Source: Octopus vulgaris
Lineage: Eukaryota
DNA length: 64,000 nucleotides
Assembly (NCBI GenBank): GCA_951406725.2
Contig: OX597816.1
Span: 3,534,001 to 3,598,000 of the forward strand
Reading direction: 5' to 3'
Below, piece after piece: positions 1-12,286 of this stretch (positions within the stretch are counted from its first letter, which is position 1; each line of letters opens with the position of its first letter). The notes beneath the pieces are model-generated. The model saw nothing but the letters and a program-made list of their open reading frames with translations, made no database searches and had not been told where the DNA came from. The translations under genes and the position numbers were made by a program.

Positions 1-16
1 TTAAAAAATAAAAGAG

Positions 17-35
17 ACATACATGCATACATACA

Positions 36-66
<31 letters not shown>

Positions 67-138
67 GTACGTACATACATACATACATACATACATATGT
101 ACGTACATACATACATACATACATACATACATACATAC
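17..138. repeat. (TACA)n microsatellite
   Basis: Tetranucleotide run visible directly. Confidence 0.95.
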
Positions 139-396
139 AAACTCACAGGCATACACATTTATAAACCATTCTATAGATTATTAGTTGGTCTTGGACGATT
201 TAATTGGCGTCAGTATCTAATTATCATTTATTTAATCAAAGTAAATTAGTTTATGAAATGCCGCAAGTCGTTTACTCAACCGCCCACCAAGAATTCGATA
301 CAAACATATTCTTCATTGATCCGTGCATCCTCCATTTTTTTTGGATTCGTCAAAAATATAAATATTCCGTCATCTTGTTCTCTCGGTGTCTGTCCG

Positions 397-397
<1 letters not shown>

Positions 398-478
<81 letters not shown>

Positions 479-583
479 CGTCTGTCTGTCTATCTATCTA
501 TCTATCTATCTATCTACCCATCTATCTATCTATCTATCCGTATGTCTATCTATCTATCCGTCTGTCTGTCTGTTTATCTATCC

Positions 584-616
<33 letters not shown>

Positions 617-619
617 CCG

Positions 620-674
<55 letters not shown>
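398..674. repeat. (TCTA)n/(TCTG)n microsatellite
   Basis: Visible directly; source of the spurious SIYL ORFs. Confidence 0.95.
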
Positions 675-1446
675 AATCTTTCCGTCTGTCTGCTTTTTAT
701 ATTGCGTCTGTGTGAGTGGTTGTATATATGTGTATATAACAAGTATATCATCCACACACGCACACATACACACACAAACAACCTCACAAACGCACACACG
801 CACAGAGCCATGTATATATATTTATATATATATTTATACATATATGCCAACATACGTATATATGCACATATACACATACATACGTATACAAACATGCATG
901 CATACATAAACACACGCACACACGCACACGTACACAAACACACACACACACACTATCATATACTATGAATTGAAAACCTCTTGCTCGTTCCTTCCCCGTT
1001 AAATTAATATCGCTTAGTTTGCGAGCGGCAGACGATAAGTGAAATAGAGTAACAAAGAGGTAATAAAGCAGCGCTTGAAACCTCGACCAAGTCTCTTCGG
1101 CCTCGTTAATATAACAGCGAAATATCTACGAGGGTCGCTACAAATATCGAAGATGATAGAGAAATCAAAAACATACAAATACGAGGAACAGCATTAGTAA
1201 AAAATAGATCCATCATCGCCGCCAACAAAAAGAAATGAAGAGAAGATATTTTATTTTAGTCACATAGGCGCAAGCGTGGCTGTGTCGGTAAGAAGCTTGC
1301 TTCCCAACCACAGAGTTCCCTGTTCAATCCCACTGTATGGCATCTTGGGCAAGTGTCTTCTAATGTAGCCTCGGGATGACAAAAATCCTTGTGAGTGGAT
1401 TTGGTAAGACGGAAAATGAAAGAAGCCCATCGTACACACACACACA

Positions 1447-1497
<51 letters not shown>

Positions 1498-1550
1498 GGA
1501 AAATAGGACAAGGTAGAAAATGCTAAAATAATTTTATCCTGAAGACCATT

Positions 1551-1588
1551 TTAGTACCGGTTTCAGTCTTTGCGACATTTTCAACTTA
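1551..1588 (-). ncRNA. Degenerate minimal type I hammerhead ribozyme motif
   Basis: Minus strand reads TAAG TTGAAAA T GTC GCAAA GAC T GAAA CCGG TA CTAA; core deviates (U3, A8) and stem I is weak. Confidence 0.4.
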
Positions 1589-1854
1589 GAGTAAAGCATG
1601 AAAAAACAATTAAATTGTGGAAAAATGAAATGAAATGTTTTTCTAAAAATATTTCCATAGTTTTCAAATACGTGGGGCATTTTCCTTTTTTCTGTCTATC
1701 TCTCTTTTACTTTTGTGAAGGCTTGGTAGGTAGGTAGGTAGGTAGGTAGTAGCAGATCTGAAGAATTATTTTAGCATTTTCCACCTTGTCCTATTTTCCT
1801 TATACATATCAACTCGTGCGTTACTTTTCAACATTCCACACACACACACGCACA

Positions 1855-1923
<69 letters not shown>

Positions 1924-1924
1924 A

Positions 1925-1968
<44 letters not shown>

Positions 1969-2030
1969 CCTGCACTGACGATTAAAAAGTGCATTTTGTG
2001 CACTAATTATGAAATCATATGATATGCGGC
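1969..2030 (+). ncRNA. Type I hammerhead ribozyme
   Basis: Stem I CTGCA(1970-74)/TGCGG(2025-29); CTGACGA 1975-81; stem II with AGTGCA/TGCACT hairpin; GAAA 2011-14; palindromic stem III ATCATATGAT; AUA site after 2024. Confidence 0.7.
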
Positions 2031-2261
2031 TGAATCTGTATTTAAGGAGCTCACTTCTAGAGTTGCATTCCATCGCGTTCGGTGCACTGTATTTATGGTA
2101 ATTTTGACTTTAAGAGTCCCTCATAGAGTGAGGCATTTATGTGTAGTAATGCCCTTAATATAAATAAATATATTTAAAGGGAATATTTACAATTTTTCCC
2201 TTATGAGGTTTTTTCACGCTGGCTACTTGATAAATTCTTATAAAGATTTTATCCCATTTTA

Positions 2262-2320
<59 letters not shown>

Positions 2321-2494
2321 TTGTGTGTGTTTATCCCCCACCATCGCTTAACAACCGATGTTGATGTGTTTACGTCCCCATAACTTAGCGATTCGGCGAA
2401 AGTACCGCTAGAATAAGTCCTGGGGTCTTATTCTAACAAATTCAGAACGTTTGTTGTTCTACAAGAGCCTCTCCTAGAATTCGGTCTTAGATTA

Positions 2495-3462
2495 CTGGGG
2501 CTGGACAAAATAATGGAAATACCTAGCATCATAGCATCATAATGTTGTAATATCTATAAAACCGTCAAAAGCTTGTTTATTTTTATGTTTTTTGATTTAT
2601 TGTTAGTGATGCTTAATATATTTTGCTAAAATTGCTGTTTTTTTTTCCAGATATTATCAGAAAAAGGTAATTAAAATTTATTAAAATGACAGATCTATCG
2701 GACTTTCAAAGAGGTCAAATTGATGGTGCTCGTATGGCTGGTGTTAGTGTAATGAAAACAGCCGAAATGTTTGATGTATCAAGAAGTACTGTCTCGAAAG
2801 TAATGACAGTCTTTGAGAAAGAGGGAAAAGCCACCTCGTCGAAACAAAACTCAGGAAGAAAACCAAAACTTTTAGATAGGGACCGTCGGACTCTTACACA
2901 AATTGTAAGAAAGGGTCACAACAGTACAGCTCCCAAAATTACTGCAGAGCTTAATGACCACCTCGAGAACCTAGTTTCCACAAAAACTGTTCGCCAGGAG
3001 CTACACAAAACCAGATTTCATGGGAGGGCTGCAATCAGAAAACCACTAGTTTCAAAAACAAACGTTGCAAAGCATTTAGAGTGGAGTAAAAACCTACAGA
3101 ATTGGTCCCTAGAGCAGTGGAAGAATGTTATTTTCTCAGACGAGTCATCCTTTACCTTATTTCCGACCATGAACATCTTATCTAGCCACCACAGTCCTCA
3201 GATCTCAATATTATTGAATATTCATGGTGCATTTTCGAAAAACAAGTGAGGAGTCGATATCCCCCACCATCATTACTACAAGAGCTGGAGACTGTTTTTG
3301 CGGAAGAATGGACAAAAATTCCTTTGGAAACAATTCAAACTTTGTGCGAGTCCATACCTCGTAGAATTCAAGATGTAATTACTACCAAAGGAGGTCCTAG
3401 CCCAAATCAAAATAAATTTACTTGATATTTTAAGGTGTTACCATTATTTTGCCCAACCCCTG
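2495..3462 (+). mobile_element. Tc1-family DNA transposon, internally deleted
   Basis: TA flanks (2493-94, 3463-64); imperfect ~30-bp TIRs CTGGGGCTGGACAAAATAATGG / CCATTATTTTGCCCAACCCCTG. Confidence 0.92.
2686..3410 (+). pseudogene. Tc1 transposase pseudogene
   Basis: N-terminal HTH, GRKPKL motif and WKNVIFSDES (first catalytic D); then a deletion/frameshift to L I * PPQSSDLNIIEYSW ... SIPRRIQDVITTKGG; second D region missing. Confidence 0.9.
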
Positions 3463-3880
3463 TAGTTTCTCAACTATTCAATTTAATCTTGCAATTTTGA
3501 TTCGGATTAGCTCAACGACCTCTTCCTGGTTAACGACCGAGGGAAACCATTCAATTATTGATTTTATTGGACTTACGTCTCTTGCCAGTTATTTTCCTAA
3601 AAATTCTAATCTCAATATTCACAGCGGAAATTAAGGCGGCGAACTGGCAGAATCGTTATCACGCCGGGCGGAATGCTTAGCGGCATTATACAAGGTCTGT
3701 TGTGTCTACATTTTATTAAGGTTTTTATTGGGACATTCCACCAGTCCTCTTTTTTATTATGAGTGGCAATGGCTTCTACCATATTGGGCGTTTTTATTTC
3801 TTTGTCCTCAGGCTGTCCTTCCGACGGATTTTGTTATACAGTGTCCTAGCTACCAACATCATATCTCATCGGTAGATCTC

Positions 3881-4047
3881 ATGTATGTATGTATGTATGT
3901 ATGTATGTATGTATGTATGTATGTATGTATGTATGTATGTATGTATGTATGTATGTATGTATGTATGTATGTGTGTGTGTGTGTGTGTGTGTATGTGTGT
4001 GTATGTATGAATGTATGTATGTATGTATGTATGTATGTATGTATGTA

Positions 4048-4082
<35 letters not shown>

Positions 4083-4147
4083 ATGTATGTATGTATGTAT
4101 GTATGTATGTATGTATGTGTGTATGTATGTATGTGTGTATGTATGTG
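3881..4147. repeat. (TATG)n/(TG)n microsatellite
   Basis: Visible directly. Confidence 0.95.
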
Positions 4148-4173
4148 TTTAACAGCCAGCAGGTGAATATGCT

Positions 4174-4212
4174 GGCTATACATTTCTGTGTCGTTGGGCT
4201 TCGTCAGTAGCC
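4174..4212 (-). ncRNA. Decayed minimal type I hammerhead ribozyme
   Basis: Minus strand reads GGCTA CTGACGA agcccaacgacaca GAAA TG TA TAGCC; perfect 5-bp stem I and core, stem II unpaired. Confidence 0.5.
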
Positions 4213-4498
4213 TGTACTCACCTCACGAGTACATTACTAACCGCATGCTACGAAGAAAGCCGACGCCACTGATTTGAGAAAACAGTGACTGAGACTCATT
4301 CGTGTTGCAATTGGTCGGTCGAAGAGAAATCGAATATATACAGTAAGCATATATATATATATATATATATATATATCAACAATCAAGGAACGGCCATAAT
4401 AGGCCATTCACCCACTAGAAATAACAGCCAAAGCTTCAACCGCAAATAAAAATTAATTCCGTAAACCAGGAGAAAATTTAAAAAACATTTACCCTGTA

Positions 4499-4605
4499 AT
4501 TTCTTATACGATATACCGTTTCATCTGCTGATTAATGGTAAACTAACCTGATTAAATTAAATCAAGCCAATCTTCCACAGGCCCTCAGATTCTTCAGTAA
4601 GAAAT
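4499..4605 (-). ncRNA. Type I hammerhead ribozyme with extended stem II (copy 1)
   Basis: Reverse complement of 5563-5669. Confidence 0.8.
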
Positions 4606-4990
4606 AGCCCAAGTCGGAACAGATATTTTCACGAGGCATTTCCGACCTTGCCAAGTTTATATCTGACCTAAAATTTTCAAATCGTCGCACTCGCGCCAAA
4701 TTTATCGGCAGCAAATAAATATAAGCCGTCGATTCCATTACGGAATTAACCAGAAAATTCATAATTAATCAATATAGGGTGGCAAAAAAAATTTTGTAGA
4801 ATTCTTTTGCCACCAGCGGCCTAGTGGGAAAAAATTAAATAGTCATAGACCATTTTTAAGTTCAACATCAACAATCAAGGAACGGCCATAATAGGCCATT
4901 CACCCACTAGAAATAACAGCCAAAGTTTCAACCGCAAATAAAAATTAATTCCGTAAACCAGGAGAAAATTTAAAAAACATTTACCCTGTA

Positions 4991-5097
4991 ATTTCTTATA
5001 CGATATACCGTTTCATCTGCTGATTAATGGTAAACTAACCTGATTAAATTAAATCAAGCCAATCTTCCACAGGCCCTCAGATTCTTCAGTAAGAAAT
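4991..5097 (-). ncRNA. Type I hammerhead ribozyme with extended stem II (copy 2)
   Basis: Reverse complement of 5563-5669, 492 nt from copy 1. Confidence 0.8.
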
Positions 5098-5562
5098 AGC
5101 CCAAGTCGGAACAGATATTTTCACGAGGCATTTCCGACCTTGCCAAGTTTATATCTGACCTAAAATTTTCAAATCGTCGCACTCGCGCCAAATTTAAATT
5201 TTCTCCTGGTTTACGGAATTAATTTTTATTTGCGGTTGAAGCTTTGGCTGTTATTTCTAGTGGGTGAATGGCCTATTATGGCCGTTCCTTGATTGTTGAT
5301 GTTGAACTTAAAAATGGTCTATGACTATTTAATTTTTTCCCACTAGGCCGCTGGTGGCAAAAGAATTCTACAAAATTTTTTTTTGCCACCCTATATTGAT
5401 TAATTATGAATTTTCTGGTTAATTCCGTAATGGAATCGACGGCTTATATTTATTTGCTGCCGATAAATTTGGCGCGAGTGCGACGATTTGAAAATTTTAG
5501 GTCAGATATAAACTTGGCAAGGTCGGAAATGCCTCGTGAAAATATCTGTTCCGACTTGGGCT

Positions 5563-5669
5563 ATTTCTTACTGAAGAATCTGAGGGCCTGTGGAAGATTG
5601 GCTTGATTTAATTTAATCAGGTTAGTTTACCATTAATCAGCAGATGAAACGGTATATCGTATAAGAAAT
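5563..5669 (+). ncRNA. Type I hammerhead ribozyme with extended stem II (copy 3)
   Basis: Stem I ATTTCTTA(5563-70)/TAAGAAAT(5662-69); CTGAAGA 5571-77; stem II ATCTG(5578-82)/CAGAT(5641-45); GAAA 5646-49; stem III ACGG-TATA-TCGT; GUA site after 5661. Confidence 0.82.
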
Positions 5670-5917
5670 TACAGGGTAAATGTTTTTTAAATTTTCTCCT
5701 GGTTTACGGAATTACTTTTTATTTGCGGTTGAAGCTTTGGCTGTTATTTCTAGTGGGTGAATGGCCTATTATGGCCGTTCCTTGATTGTTGATGTTGAAC
5801 TTAAAAATGGTCTATGACTATTTAATTTTTTCCCACTAGGCCGCTGGTGGCAAAAGAATTCTACAAAATTTTTTTTGCCACCCTATATTGATTATATATA
5901 TATATATATATATATAT

Positions 5918-7432
5918 AGCAGCAAGTCTCGTGGCTCAGTTACTCCATCTCCCATAGGACTTTCGGGTCAAGATTTCTGGATAACTACCAGAAATCTTTG
6001 ACCTGGTTGTGCTATCGATCGGCTTTACCGGTTCGAGAAAGGTTGTCAAGGCATGGTACTGACATCCACCCCCACGTGTCCGAGGTGCGGCCGTGCCAGT
6101 GAAACGGTTACGCACGCCTTCGTACACTGTGAGGAGTTGAGGGAGTTGATGACCTTTGCCGAACCGCTGATGTCGGATGCGGAAAGAGTACGGCTCTCGT
6201 CCGAGTCCATGATAAAGATTGTACCACCTTTCTCTTTCGCCAAAGAAAAGAAGGTAGCTTTTCTTCTGCGTAGTAACCATACTGAAAGATGTGGTATGGA
6301 AGACGCGAGCGAAAGGGATTGCGACTGGCCAATTCATCTCCGGACGTGGGCTGGTGAGTTACTTTGCTGCCCATCTGTCCAGCAAGATCCGTCTGGAGAG
6401 AGGAGGAGCCTACCGCAAAGAGCGTTTGGAAAACGATGGATGACAGTGGTAGGAAAAATGAGATGCACAAAGCTGTCATCATCATTGTTCGACCGTGGTC
6501 GAGACAATGGAATTTACCATGCTACGCCAGACTTCACGGTCCATCATGGCATTACGGAGGTCCTGTTGCTGGATGCCTGTATCCCTGTATCCCTGGAGAT
6601 TACATCAGGGTAGGAGTGTGTGCGCCCTCTGGTATTGCGAGTAGATGGCTACCAGAGGAGAAGAGTAGAAATTACCTCCTTTTCAGCTCTACAAAAATGT
6701 CCAGCAAACTGGACTCTCCTACCTTTCACAAGAGGGACTGAGACTGTGCTTGCACGAGGCTGTGCTTGCACGGTCGGTCGGAGCATAAAAGGAAGGAAAA
6801 AGATTACCAAAAGGGATAACCAACCGGCGGGTTAATTCACTAACCCGGAACCCACTTTCCATACAATCATCACTTATATTTTTAACTCCCATCCGTATAA
6901 TATATGTAAATCCATCTGTCTTTTCATCTTGTATATAAGAAGCGTGTCTGTACCCTACATGTCCCTTGTCTCTCTCCTCCAAACGTCCCCTCTATACTCT
7001 TTTACTCTTTTACCCGTTTCAGCCATTTGACTGCGGCCATGCTGGAGCACCACCTTTTAATCGAGCAACTCGACCCCAGGATTTATTCTTTTGTAAGCCC
7101 AGTACTTATTCTATCGGTCTCTTTTGCCGAACCGCTAAGTAACGGGGACGTAAACGCACCAGCATCGGTTGTCAAGCAATGCTAGGGGGAAAAAACACAC
7201 ACACACATATATATATATATACACATATACGACAGGCTTCTTTCAGTTTCCGTCTACCAAATCCACTCACAAGGCATAGGTCGGCCCGGGGCTATAGTAG
7301 AAGACACTTGCCCAAGATGCCACGCAGTGGGACTGAACCCGGAACAATGTGGTTGGTTAGCAAGCTACTTACCACACAGCCACTCCTGCGCCTATATATG
7401 TAAACCCTTTTATAGGTAAATAAAGAAATATA
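5918..7432 (+). mobile_element. 5'-truncated, degraded Tx1/L1-clade LINE 3' end, interrupted by a SINE at 6996-7392
   Basis: PTCPRCGRASETVTHAFVHC CCHC (zf-RVT-type) motif in ORF 6053-6613, with frameshifts; homologous to 16165-16668; tail resumes ...AAATAAAGAAATA after the SINE. Confidence 0.75.
6996..7392 (-). mobile_element. SINE family A, full length
   Basis: tRNA-like A/B boxes, central (TA/TG)n and 3' body ...GGTGCTCCAGCATGGCCGCAGTCAAATG. Confidence 0.9.
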
Positions 7433-7885
7433 CTCCTTCTCCCAACACACCTGTGGGAACGATACGGAGAAAAAAGAATCTGGCTGCCGCCCATCTCGTC
7501 CTGCCTAACCTTTGCTCCTGTGAATATCCGAGACCATCTTAGCAGAGCAAATTAAAACAAGAAAACAATAACAACAAAAATGCTAAACAAATGCAAAAAA
7601 ATAAAAGACAAAACAAAAACTTTCTGTGAGTCTTTCTGTGACTTTCTGTGTTAAGTGTGAAAAGAAATGATGTCAGTGATGGCTGGTTGTCTTGTATCAT
7701 AATTGGCAGCACACACCACTGTGCGTAGAGTCGGGTTAAAATAGTCGGGCGGTTGTTTTCTCTTGTCTTACCGTCGTCGTCATCGTCATCACTTAAATGG
7801 TTGCTGTTAGCTGTGACATTTAGAACGCAGACTGGTTTTGAACAGTGAAGAAACAAAACGACTACAATAGTTCTTTTATAAGTTA

Positions 7886-7887
<2 letters not shown>

Positions 7888-7982
<95 letters not shown>

Positions 7983-8118
7983 ACACACATATATATATAT
8001 ACATATATATACATACATATATACATATATATATATATACATACATATATATATATATACATATATATATACATATATATATACATATATATATACATAT
8101 ATATATACATATATATAC

Positions 8119-8161
<43 letters not shown>

Positions 8162-8182
8162 TATATACATATATGCATATAC

Positions 8183-8249
<67 letters not shown>

Positions 8250-8499
8250 CATATATATATACATACATATACATATATATACATACATATATATACATAT
8301 ATATATACATACATATATATACATATATATACATACATATATATACATATATATACATATATATACATACATATATATACATATATATACATACATATAT
8401 ATACATATATATACATACATATATATACATATATATATACATATATATGCATATATATATATACCTACATATATATACATATATATATATACATACATA

Positions 8500-8555
<56 letters not shown>

Positions 8556-8577
8556 CATATATATGTACATATATATA
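7888..8577. repeat. Compound (TA)n/(CA)n/(TACA)n microsatellite
   Basis: Visible directly. Confidence 0.95.
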
Positions 8578-9236
8578 ACTGAAGATAAAAAGGTTGTATT
8601 AAAATTAAAAAAAGCAAGTCTCTGCTATTAACACTGATCTCTGTTGACTTAATACAAAGCCAATTGATTTGAATTAGGTTGGGTAAAATCTGTTGCGACT
8701 ACTGAATATTGGTTGTTCCATTTGGAGGAACGAATGACAAAAACGGCAGCGAGATTGCAAGAGAAGAACTAGAAGAACGAAACTTGATACCGGAAAACCT
8801 TTCACCCGGAGACCAAGTGTAGCGTTTCTAACAACCCCAGCTGTCTAAGAATATTGTAACATTGATTGTTTTCTAATGGTATAAACAGTAAAATGGGAAA
8901 AGAAATACATTCGATGTGGAATCAAAAGTATTTTGGTATAAGACACAGAGTCTTATATTATACAAATATGGAATGAAAGTTTTTTCATGTTCAAGCTTTA
9001 CTCTGGGAAATAAGGTCGCACGAAAGAATGTGAAATGTCTGTGACTCGAAACCGTATCGCGGCCTCAGTAAGCCAGGAAATTACCTATGATTCTTTGACT
9101 GTCACCAACCAAGTATTAACCTTTAAGAACATAAACAAATACAGGTATATCAAATACCATACAACATAAATTTTTGATTTTAGAGAATGTGTCAAAATTG
9201 CCAAATGCTTTAATTGAGACACACGAGAAAGGGAAA

Positions 9237-9550
9237 GGATATTTTTCACTTTGACCGGCAGATTTTTAAAATAATTTCTTTGTAACTAAACACTTTTTAA
9301 CTTAACTTCGGATACTGGTATAATGTGTTACATAAAACATCTTTTTCTCTTGGCTTTCTTGAGAAAATTCTATAGTTTGCCGAAATGCAAGAAATTTAAT
9401 AACAAATAGCTTACAAACTATAGAATTTTCCCAAGAAAGCCAAGAGAAAAAGATGTTTTATGTAATGCATTCTACCAGTATACGAAGTTTAAAAGTGTTT
9501 AGTTACAAAGAAATTATTTTTAAAATCTGCCGGTCAAAGTGAAAAGATCC
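9237..9550. mobile_element. Palindromic MITE, possibly Merlin-type (GG-initiated TIRs, 8-bp TSD)
   Basis: About 140-bp inverted arms GGATATTTTTCACTTTGACCGGCAG... / ...CTGCCGGTCAAAGTGAAAAGATCC; flanks AAGGGAAA / AAGGGAGA (7/8 match). Confidence 0.7.
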
Positions 9551-10465
9551 AAGGGAGATAATCTTAAGAATCAGCAATTTTCCAAAACTGAGATGCCATT
9601 AAGGAAACGGGCAGGTTTATTGTCTGGATATAAAAGGAGAGTCGTGGATCGGTGTTTCAGCTTCAATAGGCGTCATCAGGAAAGTATTTATCCTGACCTT
9701 GTTCAAGCAACAAAGAGACACAGACACACAGAGGAAGAACAGAACACATTTATGGCCAAGCTATTAACTATCAATATTGATGTTAAAATGATGTATCGAC
9801 TCACGTGTAGCAACGCTTCATTTCGAAGCACGATCTTTTCTGAGATTTTATTATTTTGCCCTTGTTTCTTTTAAAATGGCAATATATTCGCTAGAAGCTT
9901 TTGCTTTGCAGCCTCTCAGTTCGTGGAGTACATATCTCTCAACCTACTATTACGCTACACGACACACGGTCAACGGCTTAGTTTTCAATGAAGGCTGTAT
10001 GTAACACTTCATAAGCCGCACCAAATTGAATTAAATGCAAAGATAACACAGACACCATTTCTTATGAAAACAAACTTTCCTACACATTGTAAAGCTTATC
10101 TTCAATTATCAATGGTCACAGAAAATAGTTTCATTGTGTAAGTCAGAGGAAAAACAAGCACGCATGTACATGTATACACATACACATATACACATACACA
10201 CACGAGTACACACAGGCACACCATACATACATATATATATACACGCACACACGAGTACACATTTCGTGTGTACGCACATATATTAATGTGGACGCTGGTG
10301 CACAATTTTCGCAAGTGCGTGGGTACACTCATCTCCGAATTTTTCGCATTTTAGAGAGAAGCATTATTGTAACATTTTATCGGTTAATATTATTAAATAT
10401 TTTACAGGCCAACCGCCCACCAAAGAATAACAACAATGAAAGTGAAACACGAAGAACTATATATA

Positions 10466-10521
<56 letters not shown>

Positions 10522-10577
10522 TATATATTTATACATGAATATGTATATTTATATATATATTTATACATGAATATGTA

Positions 10578-10616
<39 letters not shown>

Positions 10617-10635
10617 CATATATATTTATACATGA

Positions 10636-10679
<44 letters not shown>

Positions 10680-10685
10680 TTTTTC

Positions 10686-10892
10686 TTTTTTACTTGTTTC
10701 AGTCATTTTGACTGCGGCCATGCTGGAGCACCGCCTTTAATCGAGCAACTCGACCCCGGGACTTATTCTTTTGTAAGCCCAGTACTTATTCTATCGGTCT
10801 CTTTTGCCGAACCGCTAAGTAGCGGGGGACATAAACACACCAACATCGGTTGTCAAGCAATGCTAGGAGGACAAACACAGACACAAACACAC

Positions 10893-10978
<86 letters not shown>

Positions 10979-11138
10979 GACGGGCTTCTTTCAGTTTCCG
11001 TCTACCAAATCCACTCACAAGGCTTTGGTCGGCCCGAGGCTATAGTAGAAGACACTTGCCCAAGGTGCCACGCAGTGGGACTGAACCCGGAACCATGTGA
11101 TTGGTAAACAAGCTACCTACCACACAGCCACTCCTATG
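10686..11138 (-). mobile_element. SINE family A, full length
   Basis: Matches the copy at 6996-7392. Confidence 0.9.
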
Positions 11139-11344
11139 CACATATTCATATAGGTGTACACATACACATACATACAAACATACATATAGGCGTGCAGACA
11201 CATGTATTTATATAGATGGCGAATAAAAATGATTGCTTGTAGACAATTAATCATCTTTCTTAGAATTTCCGATCTGTTTTATGGATTAAAAACTTTCCTT
11301 CGAACAGTGGTTCTCCCAGTTTTGTTTTTCAAACAGGAATGTAT

Positions 11345-11406
<62 letters not shown>

Positions 11407-12286
11407 GAGTGTGTTTAATGAGAGACCGTGCTGTAAAGTCAGCCATGAAACCGCAAAGCTATGATCGAACGTATTTCTGGCTACGTCCATCCCTTGTTTC
11501 TTATCAGCCACAGTCTATCTAGGATTACAATAAACGATTTGATCTTCTGTTTGAAATATTTTCAATTGTATTTTTTTTATCTGAACTTTTTGCATAACTA
11601 CAAATCAGCTCTGATGAAGCAGACCTCTAATCGAAGATGTTTCAGCCATGACCAACGTAATTAATTTATCGGAGATTTTGCAGCCATTACTAGCAAAATG
11701 AATGACCACAGCAAAGCTCCACAGTCGGTCTCGAGTTAAAGATTAAAAAAACTCTAAAAAAAAAAAATGCGTTCCGCATTCTTTTATATTTTATTAAGGG
11801 ATAACTTTCAGCCAGATTTATAAAGAAAACACTCCAAAAAATGTCAAAATCTCCACTGCTTTTTTCAGTCTTTGATTCCATTTGAACCTACGATAACATT
11901 ATTTACGCTTTGATAATTCGTTTCTCAGTTCCGTGCACAATGTTCTTCCGTTTAAAAACATCAGTTAAAAGAAATTATTTCGGTTATCTCCGTTTTTCAT
12001 CAGATCGGGGCTTAGAATACAGTGCTTGGTCTCCCCCACCTCCACCTGCCCCCTAACTGGTTGCCTCACGTATTTATTTAATGTATCAGAATCCCTAATG
12101 CTCCTCACAGATGTACAAACACACGTGCCAAGAACTATCCCTTAAATTCCTATAACCAGAAATAAGTTTAGTTGAATAAGAAATAATTTTTCAGGTGACT
12201 GATTCTGCGATTTGGTTTCGATTCTCGCTGTAGTCATTTCGCTTTGTTTTTAACATTGATTGCTTATTATTATTATTATTATTATT

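Larger units (their letters stand above)
1267..2432 (+). mobile_element. SINE family A (tRNA-like head, central microsatellite, 3' body), split by insertions in its central microsatellite
   Basis: Head 1267-1433 (GGCGCAAGCGTGGCTGTGTCGG...GTTCAATCCC...CTTGGGCAAGTGTCTTC) and partial 3' half 2320-2432 match other copies in the window. Confidence 0.8.
4375..5894. mobile_element. Tandem plus inverted array of a 492-bp hammerhead-containing unit (retrozyme / non-autonomous PLE-like), flanked by (TA)n
   Basis: Period 492 (AATCAAGG at 4381 and 4873); arm 4375-5196 (about 1.67 units) is inverted relative to 5193-5894 (about 1.43 units); copies nearly identical. Confidence 0.85.

Noticed and set aside
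5406-5606. 66-aa ORF repeated in the 492-bp unit (also 4562-4762)
   Set aside because: Short, with no recognisable motif; repeated only because the unit is duplicated
4375-5894. CRISPR array or prokaryotic system
   Set aside because: No short repeat-spacer periodicity anywhere in the window; the context is eukaryotic
9645-9690. Minus-strand CTGATGA...GAAA hammerhead-like boxes
   Set aside because: Stems I and III do not pair; at best a decayed relic
11605-11650. CTGATGA followed by GAAG
   Set aside because: No stem II/III or GAAA box
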